Below are positions 45,196 to 56,582 of a stretch of DNA of 64,000 bases, piece by piece. The stretch covers positions 279,062 through 343,061 of the forward strand of contig CAVQCG010000001.1 in NCBI GenBank assembly GCA_963710975.1. The letters run 5' to 3'. Made by a program: the position numbers and the translations under genes. Numbering within the stretch: position 1 is the first letter of the stretch; every line of letters starts with the position of its first letter. The DNA comes from an uncultured Thermoleophilia bacterium. Its GTDB lineage: Bacteria > Actinomycetota > Thermoleophilia > Gaiellales > Gaiellaceae. The notes beneath the pieces are model-generated. The model searched no databases, was not told where the DNA came from, and saw nothing but the letters and a program-made list of their open reading frames with translations.

Positions 45196-45966
45196 GTGGA
45201 GCCCTCTCCGTGGGCGTGGAATCCTGGCTGGGTCGAGATCGTCGCCACGATCGTGCTCGCGCTCGCATACGCCCGCTCGCTCCGGCGCTATCCAGCCTCG
45301 ACGGGTCGGGTGCTCGCGTTCTCTGCCGGAATCCTGCTCGTGCTCGCGGCGTTCACCACCCCGCTGCAGACCCTCGCGACCAACTATCTGCTCTCGGCGC
45401 ATCTCGTCCAGAACGTCGTCCTCGCGGAATGGGCGCCGGCGCTCGTCGTCGTCGGGCTCGCTCCGGCCGCCGCCGCGCGGCTTGGGGAGATCGGGATGAT
45501 CCGCTTCCTCACCCGGCCCTACGTCGCGCTCCCCGTGTGGATCGGGACGTACCTCGGATGGCACGTCCCCGCGATCTATGACGCCGCCCTGCGGCATCAG
45601 GGCTGGCTCCTCCCCATCGAGCACGCGTGCTACTTCGCGGCGGGGCTCGCGTTCTGGTGGCCCGTGTTGCAGGACGCGCCGCACCACCTGCGATCGGGAA
45701 TCAGAGCCGTCTACGTGTTCATCGCCTTTCTCGTCGCCAGCCCGCTGGGACTGCTCATGGCGCTCCTGCCGAGCCCGCTCTACGACTTCTACGAGTCGGC
45801 CCTACGGATCTGGGGCATCTCTGCGATCAGAGACCAGCAGGTGGCCGGGATGATCATGTCCGGTGCGGAGGCACTCGTCTTCTTCGCCGTGTTCGCTGTC
45901 TACTTCCTCCGATTCCTCGCGGAGGAAGACGGCCGGGAGGAGGCCCGGGCGCCGATCAGCCGATGA
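45196..45966 (+). CDS. ctaG: cytochrome c oxidase assembly factor CtaG (caa3 type)
   Basis: 256 aa, multi-TM. ..SAHLVQNVVLAEWAPALVVVG...YLGWHVPAIYDAAL...HACYFAAGLAFWWPV.. Confidence 0.8.
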   Translation: MEPSPWAWNPGWVEIVATIVLALAYARSLRRYPASTGRVLAFSAGILLVLAAFTTPLQTLATNYLLSAHLVQNVVLAEWAPALVVVGLAPAAAARLGEIGMIRFLTRPYVALPVWIGTYLGWHVPAIYDAALRHQGWLLPIEHACYFAAGLAFWWPVLQDAPHHLRSGIRAVYVFIAFLVASPLGLLMALLPSPLYDFYESALRIWGISAIRDQQVAGMIMSGAEALVFFAVFAVYFLRFLAEEDGREEARAPISR

Positions 45967-47362
45967 CCTGCAGTGGATTGCCGGAGTACCCGGGAAGGAT
46001 GCGCCCTCCTTCGATGCCGAGGTGCTGCTCGAGGATCCCCGCGTAAACATCCCGGAAGTCGATCGCGACGGGGATGTTCCCATCGGTTGCGTCCGGGTTG
46101 CCGAGACCCCAGCCCGGCACTGCGAACCCCGGCTTCACGGTCGGTCCGAGCGTGAGCATGATCCCGCCGGCCCCGTGGTCCGTGCCATCGGACTCGTTGT
46201 CCTCGATCCGGCGTCCGAACTCCGACCAGACGAGCGTGACGACACGATTGGCCAGGCCCCGCGCGGCGATGTCGGCCTGGAAGGCGACGAGCGCGTCTCC
46301 GAGATCCTGGATGTTCCAGCGCATCTGCTCGGGCTGTCCCTCGTGCGTGTCGAACATCCCGGCACTCGTCACCGTGGCGACGCGAATCCCGAGATCTGCA
46401 CCGAGCATCCGCGCGAGATTCCGCAGCGCGGCGCCGGTATCCGAGTCCGGGTAGGGCACGAGCGGTGAAGCGGACCCGCTCTCCGCCTCGTCTTCCTGGC
46501 GAAGAGGCCCGAGTGCGTTCCGGACGTCGACGGACTGGCGCGCGACCGAGACGGCCCGGCGATGAGCTGCCCGGCGCGGCTCCCCACCGAGATCGCGGTA
46601 GGCGTCGAGCATCCGATCGGAATCCCAGACGTCGGGCGACCAGAAGTCGAAGTCACCGGGCGAGAAGAGGGCGCAACTGGGCGCCGACCTGCTCGCGAGG
46701 ACGTCGTCTGTCGACCATTCGACTGCAACTCCCTGAAGCGGATTGTCGTGGGAGCCCGCCTCGTCGAGGTACCGCCCAAGCCACCCGGTCGTGGCTTTCA
46801 GGTCGAGGATTCCGCTGCGCCAGTACTTCGTCGAGTGGAAGTGCGAGAAGTCCGGGTTCGGGTAGTCGGCGGCCAGGTAGACACCGAGCTGCTTCGCGTC
46901 GTAGAGCCGTTTCAGCCCGCCTGCGGCCGGGTGCCAGCCGAGCCCGGGCTGGTCGGGAATCCCGAGTGTGTCCTCCGGCGAGATGTGGAGCCGTTTCCGA
47001 AAGCGGTCGTACGTGTCGCGATCGCTGCCGCCGAGCGGAACGATCGTGTTGAGGCCGTCGTTTCCGCCGGGCAGGAAGAGCGTCACGAGAATCGGCCCGC
47101 CGTCGTCGGCGGCATACGCCCGCTCGACGAGATCCCACGGCGTGAAGCGGCTGGCCGCCGAGAGCGCCACGAACGCGCCGATGCCGCCGACCAGGAACTC
47201 GCGTCGCGTCCGTCCCTGGCCGACGAACGGCCCGGCGCCCTCGCTGAGCAGGTCGTTCGGGATCGGCAGTACCTTCGACGCGCCCCGCGAGAGGAACGTC
47301 CTGCGTGATGTCCGCCGGAAGTCGGAACAGGCGCACGCGAGCTCGTCAGGGCGCAGATCCAT
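45956..47362 (-). CDS. DUF1501-family (sulfatase-fold) protein with Tat-type signal
   Basis: ATG 47362 shares 1 nt with the upstream stop. ..RTRREFLVGGIGAF...LFLPGGNDGLNT...FDTHEGQ...SEFGRR..ESDGTDHG.. Confidence 0.85.
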   Translation of the reverse strand: MDLRPDELACACSDFRRTSRRTFLSRGASKVLPIPNDLLSEGAGPFVGQGRTRREFLVGGIGAFVALSAASRFTPWDLVERAYAADDGGPILVTLFLPGGNDGLNTIVPLGGSDRDTYDRFRKRLHISPEDTLGIPDQPGLGWHPAAGGLKRLYDAKQLGVYLAADYPNPDFSHFHSTKYWRSGILDLKATTGWLGRYLDEAGSHDNPLQGVAVEWSTDDVLASRSAPSCALFSPGDFDFWSPDVWDSDRMLDAYRDLGGEPRRAAHRRAVSVARQSVDVRNALGPLRQEDEAESGSASPLVPYPDSDTGAALRNLARMLGADLGIRVATVTSAGMFDTHEGQPEQMRWNIQDLGDALVAFQADIAARGLANRVVTLVWSEFGRRIEDNESDGTDHGAGGIMLTLGPTVKPGFAVPGWGLGNPDATDGNIPVAIDFRDVYAGILEQHLGIEGGRILPGYSGNPLQVIG

Positions 47363-48723
47363 CAGTGCACCTGGGCGTCGGGGCCGGCGAGCAGCAGGTG
47401 CCGCAGGACGCGGCGGCGCTCGGCAGCGCTGTGAGTGTCGTCCTCTCCGTCGGGAACCACATCGGACGCGAATCGCTCGAGGCGAGCATCGGTCCCGGCG
47501 GCCGTCCAGGGGTTGCCCGCGAAGCGGCGCGCATCGGCGAGGGCCTTGGCGGGCTTTTCGTCTCGCGGAACGTCCCCGTCGGCGAACTCGTTCTGGTAGA
47601 GCAGGTAGGCGATCGCCTCCCAGCGGGCTTTGTTCGAGGCTGTCGCGAGAAAGGCCTCGTTCTGATCCCAGCCACCGACATTTGGCGGATAGAAGGGCGC
47701 CTGGCCCATCTGGTAGAGCAGCCAGACCCACGCGTCCGTGCGGATCGGCGTGCCGGTGGCCCGAAGGGCACCGGCGACGAAGACGGCCGGAGGCTTCACG
47801 AGGTCGGGCTCGTCGAGACTCGAGTAGAACGCGGGCGACCGAAAGATCACGCGGAGCACGGGCTTCAGCTCGCGCCCGGACGCGGTGTACGCCGACGTCA
47901 TGAGGGCGAGCGTCTCCTTCGGCGGCTCCTCGGGCGAGAAGTACCCCCACAGCTTGCGGGCCAGGAACGGCGGGTGGGCCGGATGAGAGAGGCAGAGGCG
48001 CACGATGTCGTCCGGCTTGAAGCGCCCGGCCTTGCCGAATACACGCTTCGACTCGGGGTCCCAGACGTCGCGGTTCCAGCTGTACTTCGACGGATCGTCG
48101 GTGTCTTCGCCGCTCCAGTCGAACTCGAAGCCGGTGAGCGCGCGTGACGCCTCGCGGATGTCGTTCTCGGTGTAGCCGGAGCCCATCGTGAACAGCTCCA
48201 TCAGCTCCCGGGCGAAGTTCTCGTTGGGTGCGTCCTTGCTCGAGCCGATCAGGTTGAGCCACCACTGCATCGCGAAGTCGTGGAGGATTCCGTGCGCGAG
48301 CGCCCCGAAGTTGCCGAGCGCATGGCTGCGCAGGAGCTCGTTCTGCCGGATCATCAGACGCTGGCTGTTCACCTCCTCGTTCGAGGTGGCGAAGTGGTCG
48401 TGCAGATTCAGCGTCATCCGCTCGACGAGGGGGGCCCTCGTCCGCACCATCCGGTCGAGCCACCAGAGCACCTCGTGCCCGTACTCGTCGAACGGGCGAA
48501 TCGGGCTCACATGGCCGTCGTCATCCTCGATCCCCGGCTCCGGTCCGGCGAGGACGTTGGTCCGCGGTGGATTGAGGAGCGACTCGATCGCAGCTCCGAG
48601 CCCGCGATGGCGAAAGCGCTCGCGATCGGCATCGGACGGGCCGAAGCCGGCCCGCCAGAACAGGCGCTCCAGGGCGGGGCCGAGCGGGACGTCCGGCACG
48701 GGTGGGTAGGCGATCCTGCTCAC
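47362..48723 (-). CDS. DUF1800-family protein
   Basis: 453 aa. ..RMTLNLHDHFATS...NENFARELMELFTMG...PNVGGW.. Confidence 0.85.
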   Translation of the reverse strand: MSRIAYPPVPDVPLGPALERLFWRAGFGPSDADRERFRHRGLGAAIESLLNPPRTNVLAGPEPGIEDDDGHVSPIRPFDEYGHEVLWWLDRMVRTRAPLVERMTLNLHDHFATSNEEVNSQRLMIRQNELLRSHALGNFGALAHGILHDFAMQWWLNLIGSSKDAPNENFARELMELFTMGSGYTENDIREASRALTGFEFDWSGEDTDDPSKYSWNRDVWDPESKRVFGKAGRFKPDDIVRLCLSHPAHPPFLARKLWGYFSPEEPPKETLALMTSAYTASGRELKPVLRVIFRSPAFYSSLDEPDLVKPPAVFVAGALRATGTPIRTDAWVWLLYQMGQAPFYPPNVGGWDQNEAFLATASNKARWEAIAYLLYQNEFADGDVPRDEKPAKALADARRFAGNPWTAAGTDARLERFASDVVPDGEDDTHSAAERRRVLRHLLLAGPDAQVH

Positions 48724-48791
48724 TCGGTCGGTGGGTGGGGAAGCGTCAGGGTAGGAGCCACGGAACTCGGAATGATGCCCGTCGTCCTCGG

Positions 48792-48825
48792 CCCCGGCGG
48801 GAGGTGCCTGTCGTTCCCGCCGGGG
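48792..48825 (-). terminator. 11-bp perfect stem hairpin downstream of the ROK gene
   Basis: CCCCGGCGGGA-(12 nt)-TCCCGCCGGGG. No U-tract. Confidence 0.45.
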
Positions 48826-48857
48826 CGCTCTGGGAGGGGAGAGTTCCTGCTATCCCT

Positions 48858-49850
48858 CTAGAGTGCGTCCGCGGAAGAAACTTGCGCGAGAAGTGCAGCG
48901 CCGATTGCACCCCCGAGATCGCCGAGTTCCGCCACGACGGTCCTTGGCGCCTTGTCGGGCTGCAGAAGGTGGGGCCGCATGGCTTCGGCGATCCGATCGG
49001 CGTAGGGCTGACCCAGCCGCGAGCCGAGCCCGCCGCCGATCACGACCAGTCCGATATCGAGCAGATTGACGGTCGCCGCGGCCGCGGCGGCGATGGCCTT
49101 TATCGCGTCGTCGATGAGCGCCACGGCGACCGGATCGCCCTCTCTTAGCGCTTTCGCCCAGACGCCGCTCGCTAGGCGAACCTTCCCCTTCTCCTCCATG
49201 ATCGCGAAGAGTCTCGTCCTGTGGCCCTTCTCGACGAGTTGCCTCGCACGGGCCTCCATCGCCGCACGGCCAGCGTAGGCCTCCATCGTTCCACGCAATC
49301 GGAGCCCCGACGGCTCCTTCCGGCCCCCGAGGGCGACGACCATGTGGCCGATCTCACCGGCGGCACCGCGTCCGAACCACGGCTCGCCCCCGAGATAGAG
49401 CCCTCCCCCCACTCCGGTTCCCCACCAGACACCGAGGAGCGAGTCCTCGTCCGCTCCGGCGCCGAGCTCGAACTCCGCGGCGACCGCGACACCGACGTCG
49501 TTCCCGAGCAGGACGGGCGCTCCGACCTTGCCGGAGAGCTCTGGACCGAGGGGATATGGGGAGTCCCAGTCCGGCAGGTTGGTGGCCTGGAGAAGCTCCC
49601 CGGTCTTGCTGTCGGTCGGCCCGGGCGCGCCGACGCCAACCCCGAGCAGGCTGCCGGTGGCAGTGCCCGCAGCTTCGGCCGCCTGCTCGAGCGTCGCCGC
49701 CATCGCCGCGACGACGTCTGGCGGACCGCCTACGGTCGGCGTTGGCTGCCGGGCCTGACCCAGCACCTGGTGCTTGGCGTCGACGACGACCGCCTCGATC
49801 TTCGTCCCGCCGAGGTCGATTCCGGCACGGTTCGCGTTCGTGTTCGCCAT
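48858..49850 (-). CDS. ROK-family sugar kinase
   Basis: 330 aa. [11 protein letters not shown]...[11 protein letters not shown]... The usual CxCGxxGC zinc motif is absent ([20 protein letters not shown]). Confidence 0.85.
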   Translation of the reverse strand: MANTNANRAGIDLGGTKIEAVVVDAKHQVLGQARQPTPTVGGPPDVVAAMAATLEQAAEAAGTATGSLLGVGVGAPGPTDSKTGELLQATNLPDWDSPYPLGPELSGKVGAPVLLGNDVGVAVAAEFELGAGADEDSLLGVWWGTGVGGGLYLGGEPWFGRGAAGEIGHMVVALGGRKEPSGLRLRGTMEAYAGRAAMEARARQLVEKGHRTRLFAIMEEKGKVRLASGVWAKALREGDPVAVALIDDAIKAIAAAAAATVNLLDIGLVVIGGGLGSRLGQPYADRIAEAMRPHLLQPDKAPRTVVAELGDLGGAIGAALLAQVSSADAL

Positions 49851-49914
49851 GATCCCTCCATTTCAGACCCCGGGTAGAGTCGCCGAGTCACGGAAACGTA
49901 ACGGGCGGAGGACG

Positions 49915-51729
<1,815 letters not shown>

Positions 51730-51737
51730 CAAGGCGC

Positions 51738-51982
51738 GAAGCGACGCGCAGCGGACGGCGAAGCCGGCCGCGAAGGCTCACCGAGCCCGGCAGGGATCGG
51801 TACAGGAGCGAAGCGACGCGCAGCGGACGGCGAAGCCGGCCGCGAAGGCTCACCGAGCCCGGCAGGGCGGTACAGGAGCGAAGGCGGGGCGCGGTCGGGG
51901 GCTTGCTGGATACGCCGGCTTCGCCGGCTGGACTTCGCGGCCGGCTTCGCCGTCCGCTGCGCGTCGCGTCGCTCCTTGCGCG
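51738..51982. repeat. compound GC-rich repeat: two 72-nt direct units plus one inverted unit of the same family as 62439-62775
   Basis: Units at 51738-51809 and 51810-51879 (the second has a 2-nt deletion). The inverted unit GATACGCCGGCTTCGCCGGCTG... starts near 51909. GCGACGCGCAGCGGACGGCGAAGCCGGCCGCGAAG (51741-51775 and 51813-51847) is the exact reverse complement of 51933-51967. Confidence 0.8.
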
Positions 51983-51998
51983 TTATCCTCGATGGCTC

Positions 51999-52544
51999 GT
52001 GAACGTCCCTGACGCGATCGAGCCGGTCGTCGGCTGGCGGACATGGCGAGTCCGCGACGCGGGGAGCGCGTTCATCCTCACGTCTGCGAGCAAGTCGACG
52101 CACTGGCCCGGTGGCCGGGCGCTTGAGGCACGCTGTGAGCGCGGCCGCGCCCATCGCCCGCCGGAGCGGGAGTGCACGTGCGGCATCTATGCCTCCTTCC
52201 ACCCCGGTCCGGCGCTCGAGCTCCTTCCGCCCTACGTGCGCGCCGTCTCGAGCATCATCGCGCCGGCGATCCTCGGCTACGACACCGTGATGGCGGTCGG
52301 GCTCGCATCCCTCTGGGGTGAGCTCGTCGTTTGTGACCGGGGCTGGCGCGCCGAGTACGCGTACCCGCGCGAGCTCTTCGTCCCGTCGTCGGTCAAGCAC
52401 TATCGCCGCGGCCCGGACGGCCTCCAGATCTTCGACTCGTCCGATCTCGCGGAGGCACTCGCCGAGACCTACGGGATCGAGACACGAGTTGTCTGGAACC
52501 TGAGGCCGATGCCGCTCGCCGAACTCGTTCGCGGAGCCGCCTGA
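51999..52544 (+). CDS. hypothetical protein
   Basis: GTG 51999. ..VVGWRTWRVRD...CERGRAHRPPERECTCGIYAS... No family recognised. The upstream part of track ORF 51087..52544 is repeat DNA or the GH15 gene in another frame. Confidence 0.55.
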   Translation: MNVPDAIEPVVGWRTWRVRDAGSAFILTSASKSTHWPGGRALEARCERGRAHRPPERECTCGIYASFHPGPALELLPPYVRAVSSIIAPAILGYDTVMAVGLASLWGELVVCDRGWRAEYAYPRELFVPSSVKHYRRGPDGLQIFDSSDLAEALAETYGIETRVVWNLRPMPLAELVRGAA

Positions 52545-52555
52545 GAGCCAGGAAA

Positions 52556-52584
52556 GCGGGAGAGCCGGGTCCCGGCCCTCCCGC
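52556..52584. terminator. GC-rich hairpin between convergent genes
   Basis: GCGGGAGAGCCGGG-T-CCCGGCCCTCCCGC (13/14 complementary). Confidence 0.45.
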
Positions 52585-52598
52585 CGATTGCTTCGTCG

Positions 52599-52745
52599 TC
52601 AGGAGACGAGCGCGAGGACGACGGCGACGATCGCGATGAGCGCCGTGAACGCCGCGGAGCTCGTCCCGATCAGCCGTGCCATTCGCCGCCGCTCGGCCAG
52701 CTCCTCCGGCCCCGTGAGTGTCACGTCTGCGGTGATGGTGGTCAT
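52599..52745 (-). CDS. 48-aa tail-anchored membrane peptide
   Basis: GGGAGG lies 6 nt upstream of the ATG. MTTITADVTLTGPEELAERRRMARLIGTSSAAFTALIAIVAVVLALVS. It sits inside the longer, implausible track ORF 52599..53000. Confidence 0.45.
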   Translation of the reverse strand: MTTITADVTLTGPEELAERRRMARLIGTSSAAFTALIAIVAVVLALVS

Positions 52746-52866
52746 CTCGATCCTCCCTTCCTCACGTCGACTGCCTACGACTACGGTCGCAGGAAGAGGT
52801 CGGGTTGTAACCCCGGCTAGCAGGCGTCCGGCAGTGGGGTTAGCCCCACCCCGAGACGAGCGGGCG

Positions 52867-53511
52867 CTACCCGCGCAGGAACGTGAGGACGGCGAGAACC
52901 CGCCGGTGGTCTTCGGCCGCAACCGGAAGCCGGAGCTTGCCGAAGATGCTCGTGACGTGCTTCTCGACAGCTCGCTCGGTGACGACGAGCTCCTCCGCAA
53001 TGCCCTGGTTCGAGCGTCCCTCGGCCATCAGCCCGAGCACCTCGCGCTCTCGCGGCGTGAGGTCGGCGAGCGGATCGTCACGCCGGCGGCGCCCGACGAG
53101 CTGTGAGACAACAGTCGGGTCGAGTGCCGATCCTCCCTCCCCCACCCGGCGGACGGCATCTGTGAACTCGGCGACGTCAGACACACGATCCTTCAGCAGA
53201 TAGCCGACGCCTTCGGCGCTCTCGGAGAGAAGCTCCATCGCATAACCCGGCTCGACGTACTGCGAGAGGACGAGGACGCCGATCTGCGGATACTTCTCCT
53301 TGATCTCGTGGGCGGCCTTCAACCCCTCGTCGGTGTGCGTCGGCGGCATGCGGATATCGACGATAGCCACCTGCGGGCTGTACGAGCGAACCTTGAGCAT
53401 GAGCTCGTCGGCGTTGCCGGCCTGCCCCACGATCTCGAACCCGGCGTCCGCAAGGAGCCGGGCGATCCCCTCACGAAGAAGGACAGAATCGTCGGCGATC
53501 ACGACACGCAT
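52867..53511 (-). CDS. NarL/LuxR-family response regulator
   Basis: 214 aa. MRVVIADDSVLLREG..VDIRMPP..; HTH LTPREREVLGLMAEGRSNQGIAEEL. Confidence 0.9.
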   Translation of the reverse strand: MRVVIADDSVLLREGIARLLADAGFEIVGQAGNADELMLKVRSYSPQVAIVDIRMPPTHTDEGLKAAHEIKEKYPQIGVLVLSQYVEPGYAMELLSESAEGVGYLLKDRVSDVAEFTDAVRRVGEGGSALDPTVVSQLVGRRRRDDPLADLTPREREVLGLMAEGRSNQGIAEELVVTERAVEKHVTSIFGKLRLPVAAEDHRRVLAVLTFLRG

Positions 53512-53522
53512 CGCACTCCAGC

Positions 53523-56024
53523 CTATCGAGCGTGTTCCCCGACAGGGATCTCGGCCCGGATTCTCGTGCCCTGCCCGGGTGGGCTGACGACATCGAGGCG
53601 ACCGTCGAGCGCCTCGACGCGGTCGGCCAGACCCCGTAGACCCGAGCCTCGGAGCGCATCGGCTCCGCCGACGCCGTCATCCCTGACCTCGACCTCAGCG
53701 ACCCCGTTCGCCCGGCCCACGCTGACGACGACCTCCGTCGCGCTTGCGTACTTGGCCACGTTCGCGAGCGCCTCGGAGACGACGTAGTACGCGGCAGCCT
53801 CGATCGGCGGCGGGAGGCGCTCGTTCAGGTCGACGTCCAGCACGACGGGCGTGGGCGCACGGCCCGCCAGCGCCTCGAGCGCGGCCGGAAGGCCACGGTC
53901 GGTGAGGACAGCCGGGTGGATTCCCCGGGCCAGCTCGCGTAGCTCGGTCAGCGCCTGCGTGAGCTCCTCTCCCGAGGCCCGGAGCAGCTGCTCCGCGCCT
54001 TCGGGATCCGTCCGAAGCGACGACTGAGACATCCGTAGGGCCAGGGAGAGAGCCACCAGGCGCTGCTGCGCGCCGTCGTGGAGGTTGCGCTCGAGCCGTC
54101 GTCGCTCGGCATCGCCCGCGGCGACGATGCGCGCGCGTGAGGCGCGAACCTCGGCCTCGGCCCGCTTGCGTTCGGTGATGTCGAGGCCCGACGAGACCAT
54201 GTACTCGACGTTGCCGTCGGGGTCGAGGAGCGCTGTGTTCGACCAGGCGATCAGGCGCCGCGACCCGTCCCGCGTCACCCAGTCGTTCTCGTTCTCGGAG
54301 GGAAAGTCGCCGGCCCAGACGCGGCCGACCGCCGAGCGAACGGACTCGACCTCCTCGGGTGCGATGAAGAGCTCCCAGTACGGAACCCCCTCGACCTCCT
54401 CGAACGTGTAGCCCGTCAGTCGTTCACACGCCTGGTTGAACCGGACGAAACGGCCCTCACGATCCGTCACGATCACGAGTGTCGCGGCCGTGTCGAGGAC
54501 CGCCGAGATGAAATCCCGCTCCTGGCGAAGCTCGTCCTCGGCACGTTTTCGAACCGAGATGTCGGCCGAGACCGCCATGTACCGCACGACGTTCCCGTAG
54601 CGGTCGGAGACCGGCGCCGCCGAGAGCTGCACCGCGACGAGCGACCCGTCCTTCCGCAGGCGCTCGGTCTCGATGTCCGAGATCGCCTCTCCGGCGAGCA
54701 GGCGCGCCCGGATGTCGTCCCGCTCAGCCGCATCGGGGACGAACGAGATCTCCTGACCGAGCACCTCGTCGCTCGACCATCCATAGAGACTCTCGGCCGC
54801 CCGGTTCCAGAACGTGACGCGCCCTTCGAGGTCGATCTCGACGATCGCGAGCGGTGAGGCATCGATCAGGGCCCGCAGACGCTCTTCGCTCACGGTCAGC
54901 TGCTCGAGCCGCGCGCGCAGCTCCGCCTGGAGGCGCTCGTTCTCGAGGGCCAGTCCGGCGGCGGCCGTGACGGCGTCCACGAGCTCCGGCTGATCGCGGA
55001 GCGAGGCGTCGTGGACGATCGCGCCGACCCGGATCCCGTCTCGCTCGACGAGGCGAACGACCTGATCGGGCCGCTCGGCGAGCTGGTCGACCGGGCGTCC
55101 GCGAACGTCGACGTAGCTCTGGGACTCCGGCAGCCAGTACGCGAGGTCGAGCGACGGGTCGCCGAGCGCCCGCGCAAGGGCGTCCCGGAGCCGTCCCGGC
55201 GCGGGGTTGCGACCGAGCTCGGCAATGAGTCGGATGACGTTGAGATGGGCAAGCCGCAGTCGCAGGAGGCCGGCGAGAAAGGCGAGCGGGACGGTCGCGA
55301 GCGAGATGAACGTCAGGTAGCGGGCCACGACCTCGGCCTGTGCCGAGAAGATCGAGGCTGCGAAGAGGAACGTCCCGAAGGCAAACGTGATCGCGCCAGT
55401 GAAGAGCACGGGCGCCAGCGAGCGGCGCGCGGGAGGCGTGGCCGCCCGCCAGCGCTGCACGAGCATCACGACGACTGCGACGGTGATCCCAACTGCCGCG
55501 GCGTTCTGGACGACGATGATCGCATCCGCAATCGCGTCGTTTGGCCATACCAGCAGCTCGTTCGACGGGCAGTCCGTGCACGCGAAGCGTGACGTCGCAG
55601 GATCGAGGAAGAGGAGGAGCACGATCTGCAGCAGCCCGCCCACCACGTAGGCGCTCGCCACCACGATTCGCTCGGCCGGCGTCTCCAGGCGCCCGCTCGG
55701 GAACGCGAGAACGAGATGCGCCACCGTCGCGAGCGCGATCGCCCCGAACGCGAGACCGATCGTGAAGAGCACCGAGTTGTCCGATGCGGCGAGCACCGAC
55801 AGGAACCACGCGAACCCGGTCAGGATCATGAGCTTCCCGAAGCGGGAGCTCTGGGCACGCGACCACGCGACGAGTCCGGCGCCGATGAACGACCAGCCGA
55901 TCACGAGGCTCAGCGCCGCAGAGACCACCGGATTGCCCGCGCGGTCGGAGGTCAGGATCACCGCCAGCGCGACGAGCCCTGCAGCCAGCGCGAGGACTGC
56001 GACCAGGAGCCTCTTGTGCTTCAT
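53523..56024 (-). CDS. membrane sensor histidine kinase (multi-TM N-terminus, two PAS, HisKA_3/HATPase)
   Basis: 833 aa, intact. ..RRRLERNLHDGAQQRLVAL (H-box) ...YYVVSEALANVAKYA...GGADALRGSGLRGLADRV.. Confidence 0.9.
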   Translation of the reverse strand: MKHKRLLVAVLALAAGLVALAVILTSDRAGNPVVSAALSLVIGWSFIGAGLVAWSRAQSSRFGKLMILTGFAWFLSVLAASDNSVLFTIGLAFGAIALATVAHLVLAFPSGRLETPAERIVVASAYVVGGLLQIVLLLFLDPATSRFACTDCPSNELLVWPNDAIADAIIVVQNAAAVGITVAVVVMLVQRWRAATPPARRSLAPVLFTGAITFAFGTFLFAASIFSAQAEVVARYLTFISLATVPLAFLAGLLRLRLAHLNVIRLIAELGRNPAPGRLRDALARALGDPSLDLAYWLPESQSYVDVRGRPVDQLAERPDQVVRLVERDGIRVGAIVHDASLRDQPELVDAVTAAAGLALENERLQAELRARLEQLTVSEERLRALIDASPLAIVEIDLEGRVTFWNRAAESLYGWSSDEVLGQEISFVPDAAERDDIRARLLAGEAISDIETERLRKDGSLVAVQLSAAPVSDRYGNVVRYMAVSADISVRKRAEDELRQERDFISAVLDTAATLVIVTDREGRFVRFNQACERLTGYTFEEVEGVPYWELFIAPEEVESVRSAVGRVWAGDFPSENENDWVTRDGSRRLIAWSNTALLDPDGNVEYMVSSGLDITERKRAEAEVRASRARIVAAGDAERRRLERNLHDGAQQRLVALSLALRMSQSSLRTDPEGAEQLLRASGEELTQALTELRELARGIHPAVLTDRGLPAALEALAGRAPTPVVLDVDLNERLPPPIEAAAYYVVSEALANVAKYASATEVVVSVGRANGVAEVEVRDDGVGGADALRGSGLRGLADRVEALDGRLDVVSPPGQGTRIRAEIPVGEHAR

Positions 56025-56033
56025 GAGCTCCCG

Positions 56034-56383
56034 TTAGTGGAGCAGAGCGTCGATCGCGGCGCCGGAGAGATCCGACTTCGCCACGAAGCCGCGCGCGCCG
56101 CTCTCGGCGACGAGAGACCCGAAATCAGCGCCGTCACGGCTCGACGTCATGACGATCGCAGGACCATCCCCGTCTGCGGTGAGCTCAGCCGCAACCGTAA
56201 ATCCGTCGGTATCCGGTAGCTGGACGTCGAGAAGGACAAGATCGGGAGCAGGCTGTGCGCCGCCTCGACGGCCGAGGCGCCGGAGGCCGCCTCCCCGACG
56301 ACGTCGAAGCCTTCGGCGGCGAGAAGCGCCCGCGCCGCCGCACGAAACGTCGGATGGTCGTCGACGATCAGCACGCGGGTCAC
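56034..56383 (-). CDS. single-domain response regulator, apparent 1-nt frameshift near 56255-56262
   Basis: MTRVLIVDDHPTFRAAARALLAAEGFDVVGEAASGASAVEAA (ORF 56147..56383) continues as QPAPDLVLLDVQLPDTDGFTVAAEL...GARGFVAKSDL (ORF 56034..56390). Confidence 0.75.
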
Positions 56384-56516
56384 GTGTCAATCGTCGCAGG
56401 ATTCATGCGGGTTGCCAGTACGGCTAGCAACACCCTTTTCGCCCAGGAACGGCCGTGGTGCTTCGGCGGGGCCCCGACGGTGCTGGTTTGGTGCGCGACT
56501 GTTGCGCAGTCGCAAT

Positions 56517-56582
56517 TTGACAGGGAAGGGTCTGATCAGTAAGTCTATAAATTAGATAGACAAATTAGAGAAATAGGGAGTA
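56517..56582 (+). promoter_or_regulatory. AT-rich promoter/operator region of the sulfate-transport operon
   Basis: TTGACA at 56517-56522. Direct repeat AAATTAGA at 56549-56556 and 56562-56569. Inverted GTCTAT/ATAGAC at 56543-56548 and 56556-56561. GGGAG lies 5 nt before ATG 56586. This is the only strongly AT-rich stretch I saw in the window. Confidence 0.4.

Noticed and set aside
47363-48463. Upstream part of the 835-aa track ORF 45956..48463
   Set aside because: It is a shadow frame of the DUF1800 gene. The DUF1501 homology begins at ATG 47362.
52802-52846. Short GGGTT..AACCC and GGGG..CCCC palindromes upstream of the 48-aa ORF, as possible LuxR-regulator sites
   Set aside because: The arms are only 4-5 bp, which is too weak to call from one locus.
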